Origin: Eledone cirrhosa
Lineage: Eukaryota
DNA length: 64,000 nucleotides
Assembly: GCA_964016885.1 (NCBI GenBank)
Contig: OZ024741.1
Coordinates: 130,634,001 to 130,698,000 of the forward strand
Direction of reading: 5' to 3'
Shown: positions 24,651-39,086 of the stretch, piece by piece
How positions within the stretch are numbered: position 1 is the stretch's first letter
Layout: every line of letters begins with the position of its first letter
Notes under the pieces: generated by a model
What the model saw: only the letters and a program-made list of their open reading frames with translations
Databases searched by the model: none
What the model was told of the DNA's origin: nothing
Made by a program: the position numbers and the translations under genes

Positions 24651-24994
24651 TCACACATATACATATATTCACATATGCATGAATATGTACGGACACACAT
24701 ACATAAATGTGTGTATGTATGTGCAATTCATCAATCTGTAGACACAGATATGAATATTTGTAAATATTCCAATGTTACAAGCAAATACCATATTTAACTA
24801 TAGAAAGAGGTAACGGCTTTGAGTGATAGTGTTCTATGAAGTTACTGCTACGAGCTTGCAGATCATATTCGTTGATGTGAACTTATGCGTTCCTGTCGGC
24901 GAACAGGTATAGGTGAGTAGGGTATGGAATGGTCCCGTAACTCCTGATACAGTTTGAGGGTCGCCATATTGACATACGACGTTTCTTTGGCATT

Positions 24995-25250
24995 TTAGGC
25001 CTGACGGAGCCCATCCTTCTCTAGGACAGAGTACAGCAGATTTTTTCCTGAGACAGATAGAAAGTGACAGAAAGGAAGTGCGAAAGAGACACATGAAGAA
25101 TCGATCCCTGTACTAGACTGGTACTTTTTTTTTATCGACCTCTAAAGGATGAAAGGCAAAGTTGACCTCGGTGGGATTTGAACTGAGAGAGCAATGAGCC
25201 GGAACGAATACCACAACACATTCTATCCGACGTTCTAACGACTCTGCTAA
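24995..25250 (-). mobile_element. tRNA-derived SINE, variant with a different 3' tail (related copy 58762-59015)
   Basis: B-box GTTCAAATCC and shared core (CTTTCATCC...GTCGATAAAA..GTACCAGT); tail shared with the 58762 copy. Confidence 0.7.
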
Positions 25251-25293
25251 TAGATGAGTATTCAACGCCGAATATACATGCTGGCTCACGTGG

Positions 25294-25349
<56 letters not shown>

Positions 25350-25640
25350 GTGTGTATATATATATATATATCTTAATAATTTTGAAAACCATACAATGCA
25401 TTAGATTGTAATCTTGATTTTCTTAGCGATCTTGATTTTCTTTTTAATGTATAAGTTAGTTAATCAAAGAAGGGGCATGCAGCATTACAAAAGTAAGAAA
25501 TGGCAAAATTACTCATGAAAAAACTCGCAATACGTGGGGCGATTGAATAAAAACATCTATCTTTCTTTTCAGCCACACGCTGGTCAATTTCGTTAATAAC
25601 GGTGGTTATATATACAGACACACACACACGCACACACACG

Positions 25641-25768
<128 letters not shown>

Positions 25769-25874
25769 CCACTCAAGCGTGAAATTAATATTAACATTTT
25801 GTACTGCCTCTTCGCTTCCTTGTTGTTTTTTTGTTTTCTGTTTCAACTATAATATGTATATATATATATATATA

Positions 25875-26610
25875 TCGACCACCACAACCAATGGATTCCA
25901 CACCACCGGTCATCGTTCCAGCTATCCACTCCATAACGTAAATATATCCAGCAGCTCTTCGCACACTCGACGGAACTACCTTAGGAACTTACCCACGAAC
26001 AAATACTCACATTTTTTTTCGAAACACGCCACCTACATCCACACCACGTATAAACACAAACGTACACATGCTTACCCCCACATATACACACTCAGCCTCC
26101 GGAATCCACACGCCACCCTCCCCACCCTCTCCATCCACACGCACGTTCACAGCGACTTACACCCCACCCCACGCACACACCTTTTCCTGAACATGGAACC
26201 TCGTTCTTCCCCGAACTCTCACATTCACATACACACGCGCGCACACACACACGTACACCTACACACATACACAAACACCACCTTCAGCCCTCCCCTCTCG
26301 GACCCCCGCCTCCCTCTCCCAACTCCACCCGCCACCACCCCTACACGCCTCACACCCTTCCACCACTTGTTTATTTTTATGTTTATTTTAATTTTTATTT
26401 TTATTTGTACTCCTTCCTTCGTCCCCCCCCCCCTTTCTAAATGTCTTTCCACCTCTCCCCCACACACCCTCGGAACTCTCTTCCTACCCACTTTTCTCCT
26501 GATGAAGGGTTTATGCTCGAAACGTCGTTCCCCTCCCCCCACTCTCAAAAGCGTGAACCTAATAAACTCTTATTTGTACTGCCTCTCGGCTTTTGTTCCC
26601 GTCCAAGTTT

Positions 26611-26615
<5 letters not shown>
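25875..26615 (+). mobile_element. Penelope-like element 3' end/pLTR with minimal hammerhead (26499-26526)
   Basis: CTGATGAAGGGTTTATGCTCGAAACGTC resembles PLE minimal hammerheads; downstream AATAAA; (TA)n flanks; diverged tail copy at 25765-25850. Confidence 0.6.
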
Positions 26616-26661
<46 letters not shown>

Positions 26662-26857
26662 ACAGGGAGAAAGAGACGATTATGAGGAAGAAAAATAGAT
26701 TATTTTCCTTTTTTTGTCTCTCTCTCTCTCTTTTCTGGGTTAGAAAATGATTAAAACGAAATGTTTTACTTTGTGTGAAGTGTATTAGTTGATTTATTTA
26801 TTATTTTCATATATATATATATATATATATCCTAACTCGTGTGCCTCCTCTTCACAT

Positions 26858-26890
<33 letters not shown>

Positions 26891-27071
26891 CATCATCATC
26901 ATCATTCGTCGACTACTGTCGAGATGATGGATCTCACTCTCATGCCCCAGAATTCCCTGTCCCCCATCGCTGCCCCCAGGTCCTGTCTACTGATTCCCGT
27001 ATCCCTAGAGATAACGTCAGGGAATGACAGCTTCCTACTCCTAGGCAGGCTGGAGTCAGGGTTCCAGAGCA

Positions 27072-27105
<34 letters not shown>

Positions 27106-27271
27106 TTAATTTCACATTTATCAAACCATACTTGAAAACCGCGTTCTCAAGTATAGTTTGGTAATTGTTGTGAAATTAACTATATATCTTACCTGTCCTT
27201 TGGACTGAGTGCTCTATCAATTTCGATATAACCCTCTGATTTTTCACTACATTATATGTATAGGGCAGTGG

Positions 27272-27456
27272 ATTGGCAGTATCAGTAGAGGGTCGGACGT
27301 CATGTTTTGACGCGTAGAGTTACGGCCCTTTCCAATCTGAGTTCAAATCCCGCCAAGGTTAACTTTGCCGTTCATCCTTATGTGGTCGATATAAAATAAA
27401 GCACCAGTAATGCACTGGGATAATTGCTGGCCTTGTGCCAAAAGTAGAAACAATTA
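27272..27456 (+). mobile_element. tRNA-derived SINE, full length
   Basis: A-box-like TGGCAGTATCAG, B-box GAGTTCAAATCC, shared core, tail GGCCTTGTGCCAAAAGTAGAAACAATT. Confidence 0.85.
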
Positions 27457-27788
27457 TATATATATATATAACTTGTTTGCGTCTATAAGCATAAGAACAT
27501 CTTTTTTTTTATGTAAGCCTAGGGTGTAAATATTTTTATTCATTGTCGGGTTGTGATTACATGATTATTCTCTGTTACTGCAGAGATTTTTGCATTCATA
27601 CGTATACTGCTGTGAGCATAACACACACACACTCACACATATCACCCAAGCACGCACACACAATCACACACTTACACAGATAAATAAAAGCAGACAGAGT
27701 ATCACACAGGTATTGGTGTTTAGCATGTATGCAAATGACTATAAATGTGCGACTGTATATGTGCGTGTTAACAGAATAGAAACACGCA

Positions 27789-27869
<81 letters not shown>

Positions 27870-29182
27870 ATATATACATATATACATATATATAAGAGAG
27901 AGAGAGAGTGAGAGAGATGGAGAAAAGGAGGAGTAGGGGAGTAGAAATGTCTGGAAGACAGCATTAAGAGAAGAATCCCCAATAATGTGATCAGCCAATC
28001 AGAATGGTTAACACGCTAGAGTGACGTCAGACACGTGAAACGCTTGGCTGAGTCAGCAGTTAACAATAGATTATGTTAAGGTACTGGTGAGATGGTGCTA
28101 GTGGTGGTTATGGAGGTTGTGGTGTTGGTGTTGGTGGTGCTGGTACTGGTGATGGTGATAGATGATTTTGGTGGTCGTGGTAATGATGCTGTGTTGATGA
28201 TTGTAATGAGCTTATATTGATAGCCATGGTGTTGTTGCTGTTGTTTGAGGTCGGGGTGCTTATGGGGCTAATGATCGATTGGTGGGAGTAGTGATGGCAG
28301 TGTTGATGGTGATGATGACTGTTGCGATCGTGGTTGTTGTGATGGAGATAGCTGTGGTGGTGTCGGTGGTGTTGGTGGTGTTGGTGGTGGGGATGGTGAT
28401 ATTTATGATGGTTGTGGTGGTTATTGGTTGCTATTTCTGATGTTTTCGTTATTCAGACTTTTGACAATCCAGATCATGCAGACCAAGGGATAAAGTTTTT
28501 CCAACTATGACCATCACGGGATTTTTTCCAAACGTATACCGTCCAGAACTACGTTGTCAAATTTCCTTCCATTTTAAAGACAGTGAGGAGCTTCTTAGGG
28601 ACATTTGGTTGCCATTTCTAGCATATCAAGCTACTGCATAGGGAACTCCCCAGTTTATAACTTTCATTCGGTCTCGGTTAAGATTTCCAAGTATGATCTA
28701 AACCAGTAAGAGCAAACCCAATATTTGCTTACTCATTGAAAGTTGTAAAAAATGGGTTTAAATCATTTACATTTCGCAATTGATAACAGAATATTGTAGG
28801 TATACTCCAATATTAGACATTTCTGATTGTCTATTATTCTTTGGGTTGCGCACAATTATATATATATATATATACACTTGGAGTCTGGTCTGGGGTGCTT
28901 CCCAGATCACGAGCCGGATGCCTGAGAAACATTTGTAACCGAGTTGAGCAATAAATCTCATATGTAACACCTCCACTTTGTTCTTATTATATAGACTCTG
29001 CTCTGCATCGAGTGCTGATATTGGTACTCTCACCAGTTTTCTTTGGACTTTCTGAACTTATATATATAAGTGTGGTGTGCTCTTATGCGCGGAGATATTA
29101 TAAAACAGCTTATAAAATATGGTGAAAACCCTTCAGTCGGAAAAAGAAGTTGCCATCGGCAAATATATATATATATGTCTGT

Positions 29183-29299
<117 letters not shown>

Positions 29300-30029
29300 C
29301 TCATACGTAATACATAGGACGAAGGAACAAGAGCATCTAACTTCCTCAACGGCCACTCACCTACAATGCAATTTCATGCATATCCAAGAGCTGAGAGTTG
29401 CGAAAAATAAATGCTTATGTTAGTTTGTCCCAGGTTTTCGATTTTTCTGCGTCTAACTTTCCTAATAATTATTATATATACTAATGATACACGTCCCATT
29501 TTTATTATATACATGCATCCAATCATCCAAACATTCATCCATCCATCCATCCATCAATTCATAAGTACATACATATACATACATAGATAAATACACGATG
29601 ACTGCCCTCTCGATATCGAGTATGGTCATTATTATAACATTATTAATAATGCTATCGTGCAATACGTGAGAGTGAAGATTTTTTTTAAAGTGGGGAAATA
29701 CTGTGCACTGAGCCAATCCCACTCTCTGAGCGACAGTAGCCGAAAAGAAGAAAAGTAACCCGAAAAGAAGAAAAGATCAACATCGCTGTAACTACTGAGC
29801 CGCAGGTTTTATGTCGGAGTTATCCCAGTTTCCTGAGTTGCCTTCTAGAAGAATGCCCAGACAACGGCTAGGGGTCCTTCACTCCCAGTGGTTTAACCGC
29901 GCGATCGGGTATCCAGTCCGATTATTTCTACATACATACACGCGTACATACATACATATTTACATACATACGTACATACATACAAACAAACAGACAGACT
30001 ATCATATGTACGTGCGTATATACGTATGT

Positions 30030-30430
30030 ACATTCAGGGTACGTTCAATAATGAGAAAAATATCAGGAGAGACATTACTTATTTTAGTAAGCTTACAAAA
30101 CTGTGTCTCCTTCATAATAATAACATCTAGCATCTACAAACTTGCGCAGGCAGCTTCCCCAATCCTGGAAGACCTCCTCCCAGTCCTTCTTCTGAAGTCC
30201 CATCAGGACATTCGCCAATGCTTCCTTCAGCTCCTGTGTTGATTAAAATCTGATTTCCCTGAGGCTGTCTTTCATGCGTGGGAACAGGAAGAAGTTACAA
30301 GGAACCAGGTCGGGCCTGTTGATCATGCAGATGGTCACCAGCATTGACTGGTGGCAAGGGTCATTGTCCTGGTGGAACCGCCACTCTCCACTGCTGTGGC
30401 CACTTCTTCTTCACCCTCTCCTTTCACCTA
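30030..30430 (-). mobile_element. mariner (Tc1/mariner) transposase C-terminal remnant
   Basis: Minus frame reads PDLVPCNFFLFPRMKDSLREIRF*STQELKE...FQDW...KFVDARCYYYEG, matching the YSPDLAP.D..LF..MK...RF motif. Confidence 0.75.
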
Positions 30431-30553
30431 TTCCGAATTTTAAGGAAGATGTCAGTTAGTCACTTCATAAATTATATGCAAGTCTACTTCACCACGAGGT
30501 AACATTCTAATTGAATATCAAATGTCTTTCCTGGAATCTTCTCATTACGTATT

Positions 30554-30649
<96 letters not shown>

Positions 30650-30946
30650 ATATATATATATATATATTACTTGAGAATACCAAAAACACACAGAGGTTTG
30701 TTGGAATAGACCCTGAGAACATTCAAAACAAGAACACAAGAGGTCATGCTGGTTCTCTGGGTGACATTTGATTTTAGTCATCTTGATTACTATTCCAAAT
30801 TGTAGCCACCATAAACATTTATGTTCAGAACAGGACACAATGCAAAGGAAATACACAGCAGGAATGATTCTCCGCACCAAACTAGTAATAGGAATAGTGC
30901 TAAAATATAAACAAGACTGCTGCACTGTGTAAACAATTTTTTTCCA

Positions 30947-30980
30947 CTGATGAGATTGAATTAACAATCGAAACATGGTT
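30947..30980 (+). ncRNA. Hammerhead core (stem I partner not evident)
   Basis: CTGATGA-GATTG aattaa CAATC-GAAAC ATG GTT. Confidence 0.45.
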
Positions 30981-31184
30981 CCATGTCCGGGATATATTGA
31001 TAGTTGTTTTAATATTTATATTAGCCGTTCCTAGTGCATTTTTTATGTAGGAAATAGTTGGAACAGGTAGATAGTATCAGCAATGGAAAGCCCTGTGAAA
31101 ACATTGTTACCTTGGTCTAATTTGACAAGTTTCACCCCACTCAATTCGATCAATTGGATCAAATCGATATTAAATTACATTATT

Positions 31185-31240
31185 ATTAGTACCAGTAATG
31201 TACTGGGTAATTGCTGGCCTTGTGCCTAAAAGTAGAAACA

Positions 31241-31333
<93 letters not shown>
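31185..31333 (+). mobile_element. SINE 3' tail plus long (ATT)n directly upstream of Tx1 copy 3
   Basis: AGTACCAGTAATGTACTGGGTAATTGCTGGCCTTGTGCCTAAAAGTAGAAACA followed by (ATT)n. Confidence 0.85.
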
Positions 31334-33599
31334 GGCGACCTACGTAGTAAATCGTATCATCGTGAGCTCCGCAAAGGTTTGTTATTTCCGTTTGTTAAAA
31401 ATAGCCATTTATGGAAAATTTTTATTGTTAACCATATATAAGCGCACATACATTGTTTTCCGAAAAGGACACCCAAAAAGATTGGGGCCTTGTGCCCAAA
31501 ATTTAAACTTTTATTATTATCAAAAAATTTCTTTGAAAATAAAATGGCTAATTCACCTCTGCACCAAGCAGCTGAAAGTCTTCCTCACAAATTAACACCT
31601 CACACCGACACCACCATTGTAAATGTTACTACGTTTGCCAACACTAAAAAAAATATAAGCAGTAGCAATATTTTAAATTTGTCTCAGGCAGACATTCATT
31701 TCCCGCCATTACCAATGATTGCAGGTGTTAAAGCCTCCACTACCACCACCACCGCGACAACCACCACCCCCACCACCACCGCAACAACAGAAACAAAAGG
31801 AAAAAATAAATCAACTCGTGATGTCGAAATATTTTCAACCGAAATGGACTCTCCCAAACCGACTTTCACTGACGTCACCACCACCACAGCTGAAACTAAA
31901 ATTAATAATAACAAAAATAACGATAGCAACAACAACAACGACATTAAAAAAACCACCCTGAGTTTTGCCAGAGTAGCAAAACAGTTCGAAGCATTTACGG
32001 TAACTCAGGAGGATTTAGAAAATGTCAAACAAATGGTAAAGAAAGATGGGTACAGGGTCAGCCCCCCCCCCACCTAATAAAATGGAGCATCGGCGCCTAT
32101 GCACCGTGTCGTATCGAACAATAAATGTAAAATCGCGCCGAGTGGAACGGGCATCCGAGTCCCAAATCCAAAAAGCTTTGGGACATGTGTGGGCAAGAAA
32201 AACCCACATCAGACGTGGGCAGAAGTATGGAACCGTGGACGTGTTCTTTGAAACACCAGAGGAGGCTAGAGAACACTCCATGGCCCCATTAAGAAGTGAC
32301 GACTTCACACTCGTCCCAAGCTATTGTGGCCAGAGACTCGTAAAGATCAGGGTGACCCACGTTCCACCGGCCATCGAAATTCCCTGGCTAATAGCGGCCG
32401 TCCTCGCCGGCATCGAAGCCAACACAAAGAAAATAACAATAGCAAAAGAAAAGCAGGAGAACTGGTCCGGATCTGGGATGGAGCTCCTGATCCAAGCGGA
32501 TCAAAAAAGCATTGAGGAGATCCCAGAGGTAATAGACCTCACTGACGGCAGCCACCTCACCGTAATTGTCGAGGGCAGAAGGCCTAGGTGTGTCGTTTGT
32601 GGTGAAGGAACCCACCTAAGGGCTTTCTGCCCTCAGGCTAAAAGGTTGAGGCCACCTCTCCTACCCACCCCAGTGACTCAACCATCAGCACCACCAGTAG
32701 CAGAGATGGCAGCAACAACTGTAGCAGCAACAACAGAAGCAACTATAACAGCAACAACCCCAGCAACAGTAGCAAAACCAACACCACCACCACCAGTAAA
32801 ACCAGCACCACCACCACCCAACGCTTCAGAACTAGCACCAACGCCTACCCCATCCACCACGCCACAACCAAAACTAACGCCTGTGGAGGATTTTCCACTC
32901 CCCGGCCTATCACAACTGGAGACAGATTGTGACGACGAGGAGTGGAAACGGTATCAGGAAAAAAAAAAAGAAACCAAAAAAGAAAAAATTCTCTTCCTTC
33001 CCCCTCCAAAAACAAAATACAGAGGGAAACAAATAAATTAACAAACAAAAAAGTTAGGACAGATATGCCACCATCCACACCAGCATCACCAACCCCATCA
33101 ACCCAAACACCAACACCATCACCATCATTAACCCCAACACCACCATCACCAACACCACAAAAGTCACCAAAATGCGAAACAGAAACAAACCCACAACAAA
33201 CGCAAACAAAACAAAACAACCAAAACGATACACACTATACAGCATTAAATTTGAACAACAAGCAATTATTACACTACATCCAACACAACACCAGCATCAC
33301 AGAAAAAGACTACACAACAACCCCAAAATTCACACCACCTCCACACATACAATTCACTCGCATCACACAGAAAACGTACATGACACTAAAACAAAAATTC
33401 CCCAAAGACATCGGAGACTTCCGACAAGCACTCTCCAGGAGGAGTTATAAGGACATCCTTCCTAGGAGGCCACAAGCAGTGAAAAGGATGGAAAAACCGT
33501 CCTTCCCCTACGAGAAGTAAGGTAAGTGGTCTTTCCCATCTTTTCCACACCTTTTCAACATGACCTCACTCAGAATAGGCAGCATAAATGCGCGTGGCT
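31334..33599 (+). mobile_element. Tx1 copy 3: intact 5' end and type-B ORF1 (frameshifted), truncated ~40 nt into ORF2
   Basis: Colinear with 11668-13939; breaks at ...GCGCGTGGCT. Confidence 0.92.
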
Positions 33600-34030
33600 C
33601 CTGCAACTCTTGCACTTAATTCAGCCTTCTGCCTTCCATCATTCGAGAACACGGCCCCGAGATACTTGAACTTCACCTACTTCAGTGGAACTCCATTCAC
33701 ATGTTGAGTGTACTGCGCTGGCTTCCTTGAGAGGACCACTAATTTTCAATCCAGCCATGCAGCACTTGGTATCAAACCTATCAAATGCAAGTCGAAGATC
33801 GTCTTGTCGCATTAAATAACATCAAGTCGTCTGCAAATTCAATCCGACTGATTTTACAACTGCCAGTCGCGATACCACTCCATCCCGGCTTAAAATAATG
33901 ACCAGGAGACGTGACAATACGCACTCTTGGCGGCTTCCGACTCCCACATTGAACAGCTTCGATTTAGCACCATTTATCCGAACACAAATGCTCGGACATT
34001 CGTATAGAGACATCAAGTCTTTAGACATTG
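33600..34030 (-). mobile_element. RTE-type RT fragment
   Basis: Homologous to 46985-47400; GVGSRQECVLS, FADD-type motif. Confidence 0.7.
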
Positions 34031-34339
34031 ATGTTTAAATTGTAACAACGTTCATTAACATTTTAAGACCTTCTTCACCTCATCTTCTGAATGTAGTGAT
34101 GCTAGTGGCTCGTCATTGGTGCGTTTGGTAGTAGAAAATAATGAATCATGGATAATGATGCTGTAACTGATAAAATCATCGGCACGTCTAGGTTTAAAAT
34201 TGTTTAACGGATAACTCCTGATTAGTTTCACTGTCTATTCTAACATATGAACCCATGATGATTATTGTTCCAAGGTAAGCTACTCAATAGCCATAGTTCC
34301 ATACCTTTCGACCAGCTTTCTAATACTTAAACATGTGAA

Positions 34340-34455
34340 AGCACGTGGCTTAGTGGTTAGAAAATTGGATTCGCAATTGCGAGGTTGTGAGTTTGATTTC
34401 CAGACCGCGTGATGCGTTATGTCCTTGAGAAAGACACTTTATTTCACGCTGCTCT
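34340..34455 (+). mobile_element. tRNA-derived SINE of a second family (CORE/V-like GTCCTTGAG..AGACACTT body)
   Basis: A-box GTGGCTTAGTGG, degenerate B-box GAGTTTGATTTCC, then TGTCCTTGAGAAAGACACTTTATTTCAC. Confidence 0.6.
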
Positions 34456-34691
34456 TTCTGCCAGGGTTGCGACTGATAGATAGTATCAGCATATGGAAAG
34501 ATCAATGGAAACATGAGTTCCACCCCACTCAGTAAGCAAATGAGGTCTGACATTTTGTTGATCGATCCCTCAACATCCAATACATGTATTTGGCGGCGAA
34601 TTGGCAGACTTGTTAAGGCGTCGGATTAAAACAGACCTCGGTATTTGTTCCGGTTCTGAGTTCAAATCCTGCCGAGCAGAAATTTGCCTGT

Positions 34692-34756
<65 letters not shown>

Positions 34757-34997
34757 GTCGGCTATATTCCGAGATGGAGAGAGATGGTTTCTGATCGGTT
34801 TTAAAATGCCCAGGTTAAGCCCTGTGTCAAGACGGCTGCCCTACGACTCTATCAGGATTTGAGAGCCATTTACCACTAAAAAGATATCTGTAATACTTCC
34901 TAGAACTCCTTCAGCCATCTGCTTTAGAAATCGCTGTTGTTCATGACGATGGCGACCAGGTTGGAGGGTAATAGAGGTGATGATGATAGTTCTTGGG

Positions 34998-35165
34998 CTT
35001 GTATCGGACGCCATGCTTTCGAACATAGTTACGTCCATTTAAGATCTGAGTTCAAATCCCGCCGAGGTTGACTCTGCCTTTCATCCTTACGGGGTCGATA
35101 AAATAAAGTACCAGTAATGCACAGGGTAATTGCTGGCCTTGTGCCTAAAGTAGAAACAATTATTA
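34998..35165 (+). mobile_element. tRNA-derived SINE copy
   Basis: B-box, core and GGCCTTGTGCC..AGAAACAATT tail. Confidence 0.85.
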
Positions 35166-35299
35166 TATATAAGATGGTTTTGATGATGATGATGATGATG
35201 GTTGTGAGGTATTAGCGACGTGCGAGTGATTTTGCATTTGTTATGATAGTATTGGAGTGTTAGTCGGAGTATTGATGGTAATGGAGGTGTTGATGGTGG

Positions 35300-37030
35300 T
35301 AATGGTGTTGATGGTGGGGTTGGTGGCATTTGTGGTGGCCGTGGTGAAGTTAGTGTTGTTGTTGGTGGTGGTGTTGGTATTGTTGATGGTGTAGTGGTGA
35401 TGGTTGTGGTGCTGTTTGTGCTGCTGCTGGTGACGGTGAGTATGGTTTGGTGGTGGTAATGGTGGTGGTGGTGTTGCTGTTGGTGGTGGTGGTGGTGGTG
35501 GTGGTTTGTTGGTGGTAGTGGTGGTGATGGCGTTGCTGTTGGTGATAGTTGTGTTGGTGGTGGTGGTGTTGGTGATAGTGGTGTTGGTGATGGTGAGGGT
35601 GCTTTGGTGGTGGTAATGGTGGTGGTGTTACTGTTGGTGGTGGTGGTATTGGTGGTGGTGTTGTTGGTGATAGTGGTGGTGGTGGTGGTGGTGGTGAGGG
35701 TGGTTTGGTGGTGGTAGTTGTGGTGGTGGTGTTGCTGTTGATGCTGGTGGTGGTGGTGTTGCTGTTGATGCTGCTGCTGGTGTTGCTGTTGGTGTTGGTG
35801 GTGGTGGTGGTGGTGTTGTTGGTGATAGTGGTGTTGGTGATGGTGAGTATGGTTTGGTGGTGGTAGTGGTGGTGGTGGTGTTGCTGTTGGTGGTGGTGGT
35901 GTTGGTGGTGGTGTTGTTGGTGATAGTGGTGTTGGTGATGGTAGTGGTGGTGGTGGTGGTGGTGAGGGTGGTTTGGTGGTGGTAATGGTGGTGGTGTTGC
36001 TGTTGGTGGTGGTGGTGTTGGTGATAGTGGTGTTGGTGATGGTGAGTATGGTTTGGTGGTGGTAGTGGTGGTGGTGTTGCTGTTGGTGTTGGTGGTGTTG
36101 GTGGTGGTGTTGTTGGTGATAGTGGTGTTGGTGATGGTGAGTATGGTTTGGTGGTGGTAGTGGTGGTGGTGGTGTTGCTGTTGGTTATTGGTGGTGTTGG
36201 TGGTGGTGGTGGTGGTGATAGTGGTGTTGGTGATGGTGAGTATGGTTTGGTGGTGGTAGTGGTGGTGGTGGTGTTGCTGTTGGTTATTGGTGGTGTTGGT
36301 GGTGGTGTTGTTGGTGATAGTGGTGTTGGTGATGGTGAGTATGGTTTGGTGGTGGTAGTGGTGGTGGTGGTGTTGCTGTTGGTTATTGGTGGTGTTGGTG
36401 GTGGTGTTGTTGGTGATAGTGGTGTTGGTGATGGTGAGTATGGTTTGGTGGTGGTAGTGGTGGTGGTGGTGCTGCTGTTGGTTATTGGTGGTGTTGGTGG
36501 TGGTGGTGTTGGTGATAGTGGTGTTGGTGATGGTGAGGGTGGTTTGGTGGTGGTGTTGCTGTTGGTGTTGCTGTTGGTGTTGGTGGTGTTGGTGGTGTTG
36601 GTGTTGCTGTTGGTGACAGTGGTAGGGGTGTTGGTGACGGTGAAATTGGTGTTGTTTTGTTAGTGGTGGTTTGGTGGTGGTGATAGTGGTGCTGATGGTG
36701 TTGGTGGTGGGGTTGATGGTGATAGTGGTGTGCGTGATGGTGGTATTGGTGTTGGTGATGGTGTTTGTGTTGGTGGTATTGGTGTTGTATATGATTATGG
36801 TGCTTTGGTTGTGGTGGTGGTGGTGGTGGTGGGCTTGAGGGTGATAGTGGTGTCGGTGATGGTGGTATTAGTGTTGGTGATGGTGTTTGTGTTGGTGGTA
36901 TTGATGTTATTGTCGGCTATGGTGGAGTGTTGGTGGTAGCGGTAGTGTTGTGTTGATGGTGGTGGTGATGGTGGTCGTTGTATTGGTAGTGATAGTGGTA
37001 TTGTTGTTGTTGGTGACGGTACTATGGTTT
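35300..37030. repeat. GGT-derived minisatellite with a ~99-bp higher-order unit
   Basis: Recurring marker GATAGTGGTGTTGGTGATGGTGAGTATGGTTTGG. Confidence 0.85.
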
Positions 37031-38862
37031 TGTTGTTGGTGTCAATAATGTGTTGTTTGTGGCGGTGTTGTTGGTATTGTTAGTCTTGGTGGTGGTGTCG
37101 ATGATGTTTATGTCAATATGCTTGCGTCTGCGAGATTCTGTATAGATATGTGCAAACGTAAAAATGCATAGGAATGTTTGTATGTGTGTATGCGCGCGGC
37201 AAAGTGTGTATGTGTGTTTGCATGCGAGCATGCATATATGTGTGTGTGTGTGTGAATACATCTATGCATGTATGTCAGCATGAGAGTGTGTGTTTGTGTT
37301 TATTTGTTTGTCTGCGTTAGGGTGGATGTGTGTGTGCATCTACATATGGGTGTATATGTGTGTGCAGCTGTACGTGCATGACAACGTGTCAGTGTCAGTA
37401 TATATATATGTGTGTGTTGTGTGAACAAGTATTACAGCTGCAATGAAATGCACAGGTGCCCTACGGCTAATGCATGAATGTCAGTTCTCAAGTTGCAGTG
37501 ACAGACTGGAATGTCAGACTCCATCACCACCAATACTATTCCCCCGCCACTACCACAACACAAAACCTAACCCCCGCTCACAACAACACAAACTCCAAAC
37601 CCCCCACCACCACAACACAAACCATCACTCCCACCCACAACAACACAAACTCCATTACCACCACCACTCTTACTCCCCACAACCACCACCACTACCTCTC
37701 CAGAACCACCACAACTACTACCCCCTCCCCCACACACAAATCTCAAATCAACTACTCCACAATCATTAAGTATCGGGTTCGTACCCATTTCGTGATATCT
37801 TAGGCAAGTGTCATTTTCTTTTCCTAATAGTCCCATGCAAGGCGTGAAACCACTTAGTGTAAAAGACTATGAAGAAGGAGGAATTAAGACAAAAGGAATG
37901 AATTTAATTTAGACTTGAAAAAGTTCAGGTCATAAGAATGAAGAAAAGTCATAAGAATGAGGTCCAAAGTCTGGCGGTTCGAAGGAAAACGCCGTTGAAA
38001 GACTTCACTAGTAATTGTATGGAAGACCGATGGATGGACCCTCAAAGTACAACTTTGCAACACATTGTATCACGCTGAATTTTTCTGAGATGTACGTTAT
38101 GGGTGAACTAGTCTGTGAAATGTTCAACCACTTACATGTTAAAGTCATTAACAGGACGTTTCATGGATAGAACAAGTGCAACACTCATTATCAAATACTC
38201 AAAAGAGATGGTGGTTCATTCAAATCAAATGCTTTTTACGGAATTATTTGTTTTTAAATATGGGTACAATATACTATATATAATTGGGGTGATAGTTTCT
38301 AAAAATTGGGAGTATTTTGTACAACATATATTTGAGGTAATAGTTTCTAAACATTCAGGGTATTTTGTACAAGATAGTTGAGGTAATAGTTTCTTAAAGA
38401 TAGGAGTATTTTGTACAATATATATTTGAAGTGATATATATGCCATGTGATTTGAGGGTTCAGCGCCACTAAATTGGTCGAAAAGAAGTTTGAGATAAAA
38501 GTTAGCAAACGACCATAAGACTGCTGAGTCAGTAATAATCAAGGGGTATACACCACCACCACCGCCACCACCACCACCGCCACCACCATCACCACCACCA
38601 TCACAACCATCAACACCACCACAGCCATCACCACAACCATCACCGCCATCAACACCCTCCGACAACACCACCACCACCATCACTGCAACCAACACCTCCA
38701 CCAACACCAACACCATCACCACAACCATCACCGCCATCAACACCTCCACCAACACCACCAAAACTATCAACAACATCGACAACAACAGCATTATGTACAC
38801 TACCACCACCACCACCAACAACAATCACAACTTCCGCCAACAACAAAAACACTATGAACATC

Positions 38863-38879
<17 letters not shown>

Positions 38880-38893
<14 letters not shown>

Positions 38894-39085
38894 TTAATAG
38901 GACTATTTGTTCCGTGCCCTCGCTTTAAGCTACACCCCCCACAAAAAAACAACAACATTAATAGGATTACATGTCCCGTGCTCCTGTTTAAGTTACACGC
39001 CCCACAAAAAACAACAACAACAACAACATTAATAGGACTATTTGTTCCGTGCCCCTGATTTAAGCTACACTCCCCACAAAAAGAA
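38880..39085. repeat. Three tandem ~60-80-bp units
   Basis: ACAACATTAATAGGACTATTTGTTCCGTGCCC...TTTAAGCTACAC..CCCCACAAAAA x3. Confidence 0.8.
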
Positions 39086-39086
39086 C

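Noticed and set aside
36148-36663. Repetitive Val/Gly 'membrane protein' ORF
   Set aside because: Translation of a GGT minisatellite
38880-39085. CRISPR-like array
   Set aside because: Plain tandem repeats without unique spacers, in a eukaryotic context
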